Shown here piece by piece: positions 20,059 to 29,231 of a stretch of DNA of 53,865 bases. This DNA comes from a virus. Taxonomy: Duplodnaviria; Caudoviricetes. The notes below the pieces were generated by a model. That model did not search any database, was not told the origin of the DNA, and saw only the letters and a list, made by a program, of their open reading frames with translations. Both the position numbers and the translations under genes were made by a program. The first letter of the stretch is position 1. Each line of letters starts with the position of its first letter. The DNA lies in IMG/VR virus record IMGVR_UViG_3300033513_000009, positions 1 to 53,865 of that record; one strand, written 5' to 3'.

Positions 20059-20492
20059 TATTTTTCTGACCTAAGTTTTGTTGCCCAGTGCTGCATAACA
20101 TGACCATGAGCCTCCTTGAATTTGGGAGTTGTTATTCTGCCCTCATCGGCATTCTGAATAGTCTCCCTGATTGTATCAAGTTTTTTAGCGGCTTCCTCTG
20201 GGCTATTAGCTTCTTTTATTGCTTTTGAAGCATGTTCGTAGGCATTCATCATCCCATTATGTACTTCCTGCGCTTCTTTATAGCTTTGTTGCAAGGAATG
20301 AGGCACGTTCTCCTCTCCATGAGCGGCTATCATGCTTGAATTAAGTGCAGACATTGATGCTGAATGTCTTTGAGAATGTCTCTTTGTTTCCTTGGTTAAT
20401 TCTTCTTTTCTTATACCCCAGTGCATACCCTTCTTGCCATATTTAGCTATGACACTATTGGCGTGTTCCAGCCTCTTCATTAAATTGCTCAT
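20058..20492 (-). CDS. Leader-bearing hypothetical (putative capsid cargo)
   Basis: KRLEHANSVIAK-YGKKGMHWGIRK. Confidence 0.7.
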   Translation of the reverse strand: MSNLMKRLEHANSVIAKYGKKGMHWGIRKEELTKETKRHSQRHSASMSALNSSMIAAHGEENVPHSLQQSYKEAQEVHNGMMNAYEHASKAIKEANSPEEAAKKLDTIRETIQNADEGRITTPKFKEAHGHVMQHWATKLRSEK

Positions 20493-20986
20493 TTCAAGCC
20501 CCCGTCTATTAATAACAATGCTGTGTTACCATCAGCTATTTTACACCTATCAACCAATTCTCTTGCATAAGCCATTTCTTCGACCTGTTCACTAATATAC
20601 CATTCCAATAGTACCATTGTAGCATAATCTCCTACTGTTTTGGCATTATCGTATAGGAAATAAATGTTAGAGGTGATTTTGTTTTCATGGTCGTAAGAAG
20701 CCTGAACGGTATCCACTATAGTCTCGATTGTGACATCAAGCGGTGGAACATCAAAAGTCACCACTACATTTCTATCATTTAGATATTTATAAAATTTATC
20801 CGCATGGACTTTTTCTTCACCAGCCTTATCTTCATAATATTTTGCGAATCCAATAAAGCCTTTGTTCCTAGCCCAAGAAGCCATATACAAATAAATAAAT
20901 GCACTTTGTAGTTCCAGATTCATTTGAACATTCAAGTTCTCGAATAACGAGCTCGAATCCACTAGGGCGTTTTCTGCTTTCTTCAT
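20489..20986 (-). CDS. ftn: Ferritin (non-heme, Ftn type)
   Basis: Ferroxidase residues: QMNLELQS, EEKVHA, HENKIT, EQVEE; 165 aa. Confidence 0.9.
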   Translation of the reverse strand: MKKAENALVDSSSLFENLNVQMNLELQSAFIYLYMASWARNKGFIGFAKYYEDKAGEEKVHADKFYKYLNDRNVVVTFDVPPLDVTIETIVDTVQASYDHENKITSNIYFLYDNAKTVGDYATMVLLEWYISEQVEEMAYARELVDRCKIADGNTALLLIDGGLK

Positions 20987-21012
20987 TATATCATTCCTTA
21001 TAAAATTTGTAA

Positions 21013-21030
21013 AGCCCCAATTAAGGGGCT
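21013..21030 (-). terminator. Intrinsic terminator after tail tube
   Basis: AGCCCC/GGGGCT stem. Confidence 0.55.
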
Positions 21031-21035
21031 ATTAA

Positions 21036-22301
21036 TTAGACAACAGCGAATGAACTTGTATAAGTTCCCGACATAGCATTACCAGACAAATCAACAACAT
21101 CCCTTGTTACCACTATCCTATAAGTGCTTGTAGCTGTCAACGGAGAGGTTACAGGAGTTAATGTTAATACTCTTGTAGAGCTATTCCAACTTATTGTAAT
21201 AGGTACTTCAAGACCACTTGTTGTATTCACTAGGAATACGTGGTTGCTATTAGCAGTACCAGACAGGAGCTGTCTTGAGAATACAAGTGAAGGAATAACT
21301 GTTCCTGCAAGACCGGTTGTTGTTACTGGCTGATAAGACAGTGTACCCGAAGCCGCTGGAATCGAAGTTATTACGGTATAAGTAAATGTAGTTGTGCTTG
21401 GTACCGAAGCTATTGTAGCCATCGCATTAACTGCACCAGAAAGCTGAACTACATCACCTACTGCATGACCATGGGCAGTTGAAGTAGTAGCTACTCCTCC
21501 TGTCAAGCTTGCAACCACCACGCTTGGAACTATCACTGTATATGATACTGAGTTTAGTGCCGAAGCGGTAACGATTGCTACACCATTGTAAAGAGAAGGT
21601 GTTGCACCAGCTACTTTAATATAAGTACCTACTACGAGAGCGGCACCTGCATAAGTCGCTGTAGCTGTAGTTCCAGTAGCACTAAGTGCTGATACAGGAA
21701 CCGAAGTACCATAAACACCAGTGTCTAGTACTGGTACTGGCATAGCGCCACTAGTAGCTGCTACTCTTTCCGTTCTCTGAACAAGCTCACTACCAAGTGT
21801 CTGAGTTGTATCATAAAGAGCCTCTATTTTGAGATGCAAAGTAGGTTGCTGGTCACGACCAAGTGAACGGCTGATAGTATCTGTTGTTATAAGACATTTT
21901 GGTATCCAAATCACATGTATATTACCAGAAGGTGCCATAGTGTACAGATAACATGTTCTGTAATATGAAGCAAAATTATTTACACCTATCATTAGTGACT
22001 GTGTAGGTGAAGCACCTGTTACGTTCACAGGGTCAAGACCCATCGCAAGTCCTATTGATGTGAAATCATTTTCAAGTAGTTCCGCCTCTATGGTAAATGC
22101 TTGAGAAGCCTTATCTTTAGCAATAAGACCGCTGTTATATGAACCATGAGCTTCTACATATTTGAATGATGTATTTTCTTTTATTGAGCCTAGTTTCAAT
22201 TCGCCTACATCTACACATGTACTTTCGGCGGCACCATAAGCACCAATCCTAATATACGTAGGGGTATTGAATACGTTAAACGCTCCTCTTAATCCCGGCA
22301 T
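21036..22301 (-). CDS. Major tail tube protein with C-terminal decoration and Ig-like domains
   Basis: N-terminal ~180 aa tube-like region; two repeat modules; VLTLTP..PL...TYRIVV..DLSGN Ig-like (SbsA/Big_5-type) end. Confidence 0.75.
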   Translation of the reverse strand: MPGLRGAFNVFNTPTYIRIGAYGAAESTCVDVGELKLGSIKENTSFKYVEAHGSYNSGLIAKDKASQAFTIEAELLENDFTSIGLAMGLDPVNVTGASPTQSLMIGVNNFASYYRTCYLYTMAPSGNIHVIWIPKCLITTDTISRSLGRDQQPTLHLKIEALYDTTQTLGSELVQRTERVAATSGAMPVPVLDTGVYGTSVPVSALSATGTTATATYAGAALVVGTYIKVAGATPSLYNGVAIVTASALNSVSYTVIVPSVVVASLTGGVATTSTAHGHAVGDVVQLSGAVNAMATIASVPSTTTFTYTVITSIPAASGTLSYQPVTTTGLAGTVIPSLVFSRQLLSGTANSNHVFLVNTTSGLEVPITISWNSSTRVLTLTPVTSPLTATSTYRIVVTRDVVDLSGNAMSGTYTSSFAVV

Positions 22302-22303
22302 TT

Positions 22304-23146
22304 TTATCTCTCCTTAATTTTAACTTTTTTTGCTAGACCCTTTCTAATCATAGCAATAATGCTTTTTGCCATCTCTATATCGCTATCAGACATTGCCATA
22401 TCCTCACCGCCTTCAGTATCTATGGAATCACTGCCTTCGTAATCACCACCCTCTTCGACACCTACATCCACATCGCCAGCACCTTCCTCATCTTCTTTTT
22501 CGATTTTCTTCGGGTCTTTGAATATATCTTGTCCAACAACGTCATCACGTTTCTCGGTACCGCATTTTTCGCATTTACCAAAAACATCATTCTCATTATC
22601 ACCGACTTTTTCTGAAACAATTTTTACTTCACCATTCGGGTCATTATCCTTGTTTTCGAAAGAATCAAGATGAGAAGCCTGAAGAATAAAAGACTGAGCT
22701 TGCTCCAGAAGCTCCCTAATGGCTATTGATTCACCTTCTGACAGTTCTTCCTTTTTCTGATTAGCTATGAGTTGTGCTATATCCCTTAATAGGTCAGTGA
22801 ACATATACATTTCATATATTTCCATCCTTTGCTCAACTTCTGCTTCGTTAAATCCCTGTGGGAGATAATCAGCTTTTGCTAGTTCTGGTTTTCCACCGAT
22901 AACACTCTCCCATGCCTGAACAATCTTTGCCTTAATAGATTCAACATCACCAGCATTGTATTCTGCCGCATTTTTAGGCATATGGATATATGACCATGCT
23001 GCCCTGATATGTCCTTCGGTATCTATGGGATATTTTTTGTTACGGTCATCGGCAAATGTAACATCCCCGTATTTTTTTTGACCTTCTTTAGGATTAACGT
23101 CCTTGCGTTGTTTAATCCATTTTTTAATTTGTTCTATGTTGTTCAT
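22304..23146 (-). CDS. DUF6582-like head-associated protein with acidic C-terminus
   Basis: FAD..NKKYPIDTEGHIRAAWSYI motif; also PELAK-A and IRK-G motifs. Confidence 0.6.
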   Translation of the reverse strand: MNNIEQIKKWIKQRKDVNPKEGQKKYGDVTFADDRNKKYPIDTEGHIRAAWSYIHMPKNAAEYNAGDVESIKAKIVQAWESVIGGKPELAKADYLPQGFNEAEVEQRMEIYEMYMFTDLLRDIAQLIANQKKEELSEGESIAIRELLEQAQSFILQASHLDSFENKDNDPNGEVKIVSEKVGDNENDVFGKCEKCGTEKRDDVVGQDIFKDPKKIEKEDEEGAGDVDVGVEEGGDYEGSDSIDTEGGEDMAMSDSDIEMAKSIIAMIRKGLAKKVKIKER

Positions 23147-23158
23147 TTTTTTTCCGTT

Positions 23159-23656
23159 TTAAAACATTATGGCTCTCATGCTGTCCGCAAGGTGCCCAGT
23201 ATTAATTAAACCAGTATTCCCACTTAGCATACCCCTACTACTATACAAAAGTTCAACAGCATTTTTTCGAGCCCTACTAACAACAATATCTCCAACCCTT
23301 TTCATCTCTATATCCGTAATCTGTGCGGCTTGTTCGGGAGTTCCCGTAACTGCCATTGCCACAGTATTTGCTAAAATTTTCTTAACCTCTTCGACACTAT
23401 CTTGTACCGCAGGGTTCATAGTTGGTCTGGCAGGGATTTGGACACTTCTTTTCGTTACCCATCGTCCCCTATATTGGAACTTCAAATATGGTTGGTTTTT
23501 AGCCTCAATTAATGCCCCGTATTCATGGACTTTCATATACTTAAAATCAGAGGTTAAAATAACCTTTCTACCGTTTATCTCACCTACCAACATATTGGTA
23601 GTCTTGAGTAATCTTCCGATAGTATTTTCTAAGTCAGTATAATCTATTTTAACCAT
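23159..23656 (-). CDS. Virion morphogenesis/neck protein (HK97 gp10-like)
   Basis: VHEYGA..IPARP and NTGHLADS motifs. Confidence 0.7.
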   Translation of the reverse strand: MVKIDYTDLENTIGRLLKTTNMLVGEINGRKVILTSDFKYMKVHEYGALIEAKNQPYLKFQYRGRWVTKRSVQIPARPTMNPAVQDSVEEVKKILANTVAMAVTGTPEQAAQITDIEMKRVGDIVVSRARKNAVELLYSSRGMLSGNTGLINTGHLADSMRAIMF

Positions 23657-24215
23657 TTAACAATCCATAATCATTAGGTATGTAGGGTCTTTGGAAAATT
23701 TCAAGTATTTCTGTAATACGTACAGGAATCCTTTCTATCCTAGCAGAAGCTGTTTGTCCGCCACCCGTATTAACACTTTGTTGTCCTATCCTAGCTCTAT
23801 ACTTGTATGATTCAGCTATTAATTCATTTGTAGCCTGAATAATTGCATCGGGAATTGGACTGTAACCAACTTGATATGTTATTTCAATATTCCTTTTTCC
23901 TTCCGTAAAATAACTACTTGTGAGTTCTATTTTATAGCTATCAAAATAATATAAAGAAGGGTCTATCAATGCTCCGCTAATTTTGAGTGAGGCAACTGAA
24001 ATAATGGGAGCTCTTTTTACATAAAGAGTATCTTTACCACTCCCATGATATTTCTCTGTCACATTTACAGCTACTATGTCTTCCTGAACGTAATGGTCTA
24101 TCCAATCACTACTTTCATTAATAAGTTGTGTGAGGAGGGCATCACCACTAGTTTCAGCGGTAGCTATCCCCAACCACAGCTTAACGGAAGACAAGGTGGT
24201 TAGCTGTACTGACAT
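23649..24215 (-). CDS. Head-tail connector (gp6-like adaptor)
   Basis: LTTLSSVKLWLGI, ITYQVGYSPIPDAI. Confidence 0.8.
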   Translation of the reverse strand: MSVQLTTLSSVKLWLGIATAETSGDALLTQLINESSDWIDHYVQEDIVAVNVTEKYHGSGKDTLYVKRAPIISVASLKISGALIDPSLYYFDSYKIELTSSYFTEGKRNIEITYQVGYSPIPDAIIQATNELIAESYKYRARIGQQSVNTGGGQTASARIERIPVRITEILEIFQRPYIPNDYGLLNG

Positions 24216-24219
24216 TTAA

Positions 24220-24567
24220 TTATGCTCCTTTCTTTTTCTTTGCTACTGGAGCCTCAGCGGTAGCCTCTTCCTCAGCAGGTGCTTCAGCGGGAGCCTCGGT
24301 AGGTATTTCCGCAGGAGCTTCAGCAACAACCTCAACAGGTGTTTCAACCTCAGCAGGTATCTCAACAGGAGCTTCGACTGCCACTTCAACAGGGGCTTCT
24401 ACTTTTTCAATAGCTTTATCATATTCATCCAAAACAATAGCGGCAGGGTCTACCCTCATGAAAACAGCGAGTGCTTCTTCTGGCATTTCTATAATACCAT
24501 GGCGATTCTCAAAGTTTCTTCCGTACTGGTCTACATGACTTGTTATATTTGTTTTTACTTTTACCAT
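24220..24567 (-). CDS. Small head-associated protein with A/E/P/V repeats
   Basis: VEAP/AEAP tetrapeptide repeats and basic tail; directly after the MCP. Confidence 0.65.
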   Translation of the reverse strand: MVKVKTNITSHVDQYGRNFENRHGIIEMPEEALAVFMRVDPAAIVLDEYDKAIEKVEAPVEVAVEAPVEIPAEVETPVEVVAEAPAEIPTEAPAEAPAEEEATAEAPVAKKKKGA

Positions 24568-24584
24568 TTTAACCTCTAAAAAGA

Positions 24585-24602
24585 AGCGGGGTTTCCCCCG
24601 CT
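24585..24602 (-). terminator. Intrinsic terminator after MCP
   Basis: AGCGGGG/CCCCGCT stem followed by TCTTTTT on minus. Confidence 0.75.
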
Positions 24603-24610
24603 ATTATCAA

Positions 24611-26113
24611 CTATGCTCCGGGAGCTATGTTATAAATAACCATCATGCTAGGTGTGAAGTAGCAAGCTGGTGTAGCCTCTAACCTTATACCGAACTGGAA
24701 GGTAGGATTAACACGAGCATAATCTATCTCGTAGTACTCACGCCTTACTACCACTTCAATAGGATTAGCTAGGTCGGCAAGCTGGTAAGGAAGCCTTGTG
24801 CTGTAACCCAGAACTGTACCTTGTGGGATGTCAGGATGAACCTTGATGTCAATCTGCTGACCTGTCACAGGGTGAAGGACACCGATTACATAAGGAGAAC
24901 CAACGATACCAGCAGGATTAGCTTCAGTATTCTGACGAATAAGTGGGGCACCATTGTTTTTGATTATCAGGTTCCTGATTGTCTGAAGGTCAACTATGTT
25001 TACATAGATGCGGTCAACAGAGAGCTGATAGTTCTGATACATGGTAGCAAGAGCTGTATCTATTTCAGTGATACCGCCAGCACCGTTTGTTGTTAGTTTA
25101 GCTGCACCGTTGTTGCTAACATAAGAGTTAGAACCAGAAGCAAGAGCCTGATACAGAAGACCATCGTAACCATAAGCATTCTTGGAGTTATCAACAGTGA
25201 AGTTAGTAGCCGCCGCTTGTGTACCCGTAACTGGGTTAGCGAAAGTAGCTGTATTGTTTGAAGTAATACCATGTAGTACCTCGGAACCAGATGCACCAAT
25301 GAACCAAGCATAACCAGCAGCACCCTGTATAGCAGTTGTAGTAACTGTTACGCCGTGTATAGCGTCACCCGGAGTTACGGTACCAGCAGCAGATTTGATT
25401 GAAGAACCACCACCGTAGGTAAATGTATCACCCGGTTGACCACCTGTTAGAGCCTGTGGAACTACGTTAGCAGTTGTAGCAGGATAAACGTGACCATTTG
25501 TTGCACGAGCATTTGTCATACCTTGTGCTGTCAGAGCGACAACTATGCAAGACAGTGCTGATGCAGGGAATGTACCCGCCGTAGCCGCTGATGCAATAGT
25601 AGGAGTTACAGGAGTTCCGAGCGCTATTGTTGTAGCGTTACCAAAAACCACGTTCCTTTCCTCAATTTTCTTGAGCTGACCTATTGTAGCCAGTTTTGTT
25701 TTAGCAAGAACATCGTCAAAACCTGCGCCAGCGCTAACAGCTTCGAATGTTACGCTGTTGTCTACAGACAGTGTAGCGTAAGTGAAGGTTTTGCTATCTG
25801 ACTGGAATTGAAGGTCTGCGTTACGTTTACCCTCTGGAACACCACCTTGGTTAAAAGATGTGTCGTAGCTGGTTATCCTACGGATGGTTGTAGCAACACC
25901 CACCTGAGACCCGCCTGTACCAGCCATACGTCTTGGTAATTCGTTTATAACTGGGGTAACAACAGGAACAACGAGTTTAGCGCCTTCCTGAATGTCAACA
26001 CCGTAAAGACCAGCACTAGTACCAACCGATTTCTGGATGTCTGTTGAAGACTTAAACGCATTAATCGTGTCCTGTGTTACGTCTGATTGTAAAGTATAAA
26101 TACTATTTGTCAT
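24611..26113 (-). CDS. Major capsid protein
   Basis: 500 aa after the protease/scaffold; DIKVHPDIPQGT and YYEIDY C-terminal motifs; terminator downstream. Confidence 0.85.
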   Translation of the reverse strand: MTNSIYTLQSDVTQDTINAFKSSTDIQKSVGTSAGLYGVDIQEGAKLVVPVVTPVINELPRRMAGTGGSQVGVATTIRRITSYDTSFNQGGVPEGKRNADLQFQSDSKTFTYATLSVDNSVTFEAVSAGAGFDDVLAKTKLATIGQLKKIEERNVVFGNATTIALGTPVTPTIASAATAGTFPASALSCIVVALTAQGMTNARATNGHVYPATTANVVPQALTGGQPGDTFTYGGGSSIKSAAGTVTPGDAIHGVTVTTTAIQGAAGYAWFIGASGSEVLHGITSNNTATFANPVTGTQAAATNFTVDNSKNAYGYDGLLYQALASGSNSYVSNNGAAKLTTNGAGGITEIDTALATMYQNYQLSVDRIYVNIVDLQTIRNLIIKNNGAPLIRQNTEANPAGIVGSPYVIGVLHPVTGQQIDIKVHPDIPQGTVLGYSTRLPYQLADLANPIEVVVRREYYEIDYARVNPTFQFGIRLEATPACYFTPSMMVIYNIAPGA

Positions 26114-26125
26114 TTTTTCCTCTAA

Positions 26126-27631
26126 TTAATTTAAGCCTTTTGCAATTACATCCCTGAGCCTGAAACATTTCTCCCCAAGTTCCTGTTTGAGCATTGGATT
26201 TTGCTCCTTGTCAAACATCATCTTGGTGATTTCATATTCCTGCTCTACAGGAGATTTCTGCAATTCAACCATGCCACCATCCTTATCGAATGCCCTTGGA
26301 GCTGATTTAGCAACAGGGGAAGCAACGTTACTTTCGATTGCCTGTAGTCTTTTATTCATTTTCTCATCCAAATCCTTAACGAATTTAGCAAGGTCTATCG
26401 TAGCTTCAGCAACCTTGTTCACACTTTCCTGAACCTCTTCAGCCTTGGATACCGCCATTGCTGTCTTAGGTTTGATTACTGTACTTCCAGCAGAAGCCGC
26501 GTCCTGAGCAGCATTACTAACGCTTCTTTCTTTCCAAGCATTTATGCGCCCTTCACCAAAATACTTCTCCAGCTCTTCATCTGTCATATCCTCTTCGTCT
26601 TCAATTGGTTCAATATCCCTTGTTTCTTCGCCAGCTTTAAGATTTCTCTTAGCCCTGCCAGCGCCGAAAGATTTTGACATTTTGCCAGATTTGAGTTTGT
26701 ATTCGTTGCCCTCAACACCCATCTCGCCTTTTCTCATAGACTTAATAACAACAAAATCCTCGTCGTCCATAACGCCCATATCATCCTCATCCATATCATG
26801 ACCACCGCAATTAGCGCCCATGCCACATGCCTCATCGTGTATGATTTGGATTTTGTCAGCATAAGCTTTGGCAAGAGCATCACTCTTATGTACCAGTTCA
26901 CCATCTAGTCCCAGTGATTCTGATAGCGCTAGAAGGTAATCTACCTTAGTAACATCTTCATCCTCTGGTAAGCTAATATGACCAGCGGCAGTAGCAGCAC
27001 CAATTAACCCAAAAGCAGAGTTAATCAGGGGCTGTATATCACCTTTGGTTATATTTCCAGAGTCCATTCCTTCAGCAATAGCATCAAGGCTCTCAGCTAC
27101 TACTGCAAAGCTTTCAGCTTTTAGAATATCATCCATATTTTCCTCACCTGTATATAATTTAAAAATTGGTAATAGTGTAGCTTCAGGATTAGCACCCCTA
27201 TCAACTAACGATATTTCAGTTAGAAGTAGTTTTGTAATCGTGTTACCTACTTTCTCTAGTCTTTTACCGCCGATACTGTAGCCCGTAAACATGCCCATTT
27301 TGACCTTGTTTATAGCAGCGGGGTCAACGATAAAACTACCCACAAACAATCCCTTATCATCCATCAGCCATTTAATAGCTTTTCCAATTAAAGAAAACGG
27401 ATTGTGCATTTCTTTAATTGAAGGAGTTTTGATGTAGTCAGGAAGGGCATCCTCAATAGCTTTTTTTGCTACTTTTTCACCCTGCCTATCTAGTGTCTCG
27501 GTACTTGCATATCCTTCGACATACACCCCCTTAACACCATCAACCTCCATTTCCTTCCATACCTTCCCACCGTCAAATTTTCGTAGTTCTACGTCAAACT
27601 TAAACATAGCGGTATCCGCAAATTTCATCAT
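26126..27631 (-). CDS. Prohead protease (HK97-type) fused to scaffold
   Basis: VEGYAST..DRQGE, EMH, GYSIGG, EISLVDRGANPEA; acidic/helical C-terminal half. Confidence 0.9.
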   Translation of the reverse strand: MMKFADTAMFKFDVELRKFDGGKVWKEMEVDGVKGVYVEGYASTETLDRQGEKVAKKAIEDALPDYIKTPSIKEMHNPFSLIGKAIKWLMDDKGLFVGSFIVDPAAINKVKMGMFTGYSIGGKRLEKVGNTITKLLLTEISLVDRGANPEATLLPIFKLYTGEENMDDILKAESFAVVAESLDAIAEGMDSGNITKGDIQPLINSAFGLIGAATAAGHISLPEDEDVTKVDYLLALSESLGLDGELVHKSDALAKAYADKIQIIHDEACGMGANCGGHDMDEDDMGVMDDEDFVVIKSMRKGEMGVEGNEYKLKSGKMSKSFGAGRAKRNLKAGEETRDIEPIEDEEDMTDEELEKYFGEGRINAWKERSVSNAAQDAASAGSTVIKPKTAMAVSKAEEVQESVNKVAEATIDLAKFVKDLDEKMNKRLQAIESNVASPVAKSAPRAFDKDGGMVELQKSPVEQEYEITKMMFDKEQNPMLKQELGEKCFRLRDVIAKGLN

Positions 27632-28092
27632 TTTCTCACACCTCGTTTGGAAGCTTCTCCCATAAATTCCTTCTCGTGTCCGGTCTTTCCACCTTGATGA
27701 ACATGTGCCATACGAGCCCAGAATTGTCGTGACTTAGGTTTTTCCTTAGCCCACTTTCCAGTAGGATGTTTTTCCCTATGTAGAGCAGTAAGAGCAGCGA
27801 CAGTAGCTCCTATTTGTTTTTGAGCCTCCTTGTGTGCTGTTCCCTTTTCTTCTCTTGACAATCTATCTAGGTTGATTAATCGCTTAAGATGCTCCCTAAG
27901 AGCTCTTTCACCCCTGCGCTTTAATGCCTCATGAACCTGTTGGCGTTTCATACCAGTCATCTTAGTATGACCACCACCCGGCGCACTTCCACCCCAATGT
28001 CCCGGAACTCCAGCATGACCGTAATTTCCAGAAGAAGCCGTCCCTATTTTGAAAAGATTTTTCACCTCGTTCTCCATATGACTTCGTATCAT
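27628..28092 (-). CDS. Leader-bearing basic protein (putative capsid cargo)
   Basis: EVKNLFK-IGTASSGNYGHAGVPGHWGGSAPGG; between portal and protease. Confidence 0.7.
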   Translation of the reverse strand: MIRSHMENEVKNLFKIGTASSGNYGHAGVPGHWGGSAPGGGHTKMTGMKRQQVHEALKRRGERALREHLKRLINLDRLSREEKGTAHKEAQKQIGATVAALTALHREKHPTGKWAKEKPKSRQFWARMAHVHQGGKTGHEKEFMGEASKRGVRK

Positions 28093-28158
28093 ATTGTAAT
28101 ACAGAAACTACACTTAAATAATAAATATGTTATAATATTAAAGTTGAGGGAATGAATA

Positions 28159-28359
28159 TTGTTTATTTTAGAAATGATTGATGGTCAAAATACCGTTACG
28201 GATATAGTTTTGAGTGATAGTTATGCTAATGCCAGTAAGGTTTTTACAGAAAGGGCAATAGAAAAATGGCAAAAAGGAGATAAGGCAACTGGACGCTTAT
28301 TCCAAGTACGGGAGGGAAGGACGAAAGAAGTAGTTTTAGCTACTCCTTACCCTTTGTAG
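28159..28359 (+). CDS. Small hypothetical moron
   Basis: Opposite strand; TGTTATAAT and GAGGG upstream. Confidence 0.45.
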   Translation: MFILEMIDGQNTVTDIVLSDSYANASKVFTERAIEKWQKGDKATGRLFQVREGRTKEVVLATPYPL

Positions 28360-28501
28360 TTCCGAACTTCTCATCATAATAATCATTTTTGTTTTTATCA
28401 ATACTAGACCATGCTCGGTCTAGTATTTCTTCGTCCTTATTATTAAGCTGTATGCTCTCATCATAATTTTTGTTTTCTTTGATTTTTAGATTTTTGTACA
28501 T
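28340..28501 (-). CDS. 53-aa protein coupled to the GNAT-like gene (not in ORF track)
   Basis: MYKNLKIKENKNYDESIQLNNKDEEILDRAWSSID...; starts 2 nt after the upstream stop. Confidence 0.55.
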   Translation of the reverse strand: MYKNLKIKENKNYDESIQLNNKDEEILDRAWSSIDKNKNDYYDEKFGTTKGKE

Positions 28502-28502
28502 A

Positions 28503-29231
28503 TTACCCCACGTAAAACTTTTTCTCTCTTAGATAATTCTTCAAAACTTGAAGTGATTTTGAACCCTCATTCAAATCAAACTTCCCCTCAAAATCGGAGC
28601 CGTTTTTCTTCCACCAGTCACGCCCTTCTTTTGATGACATGATTTCATGAATATCATTCTTTCCTTCAAAACCCTTGGCACCTTCCTTATATGTAGGAAG
28701 TTTTTCAACATTATTATAACCAAGCCTAGCCCACGTATAATAACCATTGGCATCAGCACCCCTTCCTGCCATTGTGACTATCCTATCTACACCCATTTTC
28801 TTAGCATTAAGTACCTGATTAGCAAATACCCTTGTTCCGAATCCTTCTGGAGCACTATTATCTTTATAGAAAGATTTATTCTCAAGAACAATTTTTCCAT
28901 CTATCTTATACAATAACCTCTGTTGCACACCATCAAAATAAGGATGAGTAGCAACAAAACCTATTACCCCGCGAGAGCCCTCTAGTTTAATGGTAGTTCC
29001 TGAAGGAGCACCAATAAGACCAGCTATTTCCTCTTTATTTGGTTTCCTGCCAAATATCTCGTTCATAGCGTCTTCAACACCCTTCGCTTCTTCACTTGGT
29101 ATTTGTAGCTTTATGTTGCGATTATCAAAGAGCTCATGACCTGCATTATCGGTGTACTGATTACCATGAAAAGGATGACCTTCGAAGTCACCCTTTGCTA
29201 GTTCCAAGTTAAGTATTATTCTATCTATCAA
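28503..29231 (-). CDS. Leader-bearing GNAT-like protein
   Basis: MIDRIILNLELAK-GDFEGHPFHGNQY; GFGTRVF and NGYYTWARLGY GNAT-like motifs. Confidence 0.7.
   Translation of the reverse strand: MIDRIILNLELAKGDFEGHPFHGNQYTDNAGHELFDNRNIKLQIPSEEAKGVEDAMNEIFGRKPNKEEIAGLIGAPSGTTIKLEGSRGVIGFVATHPYFDGVQQRLLYKIDGKIVLENKSFYKDNSAPEGFGTRVFANQVLNAKKMGVDRIVTMAGRGADANGYYTWARLGYNNVEKLPTYKEGAKGFEGKNDIHEIMSSKEGRDWWKKNGSDFEGKFDLNEGSKSLQVLKNYLREKKFYVG

Noticed and set aside
28400-28427. Perfect 11-bp hairpin AATACTAGACC/GGTCTAGTATT
   Set aside because: Single copy inside a small ORF; probably a terminator for the convergent plus-strand gene or chance
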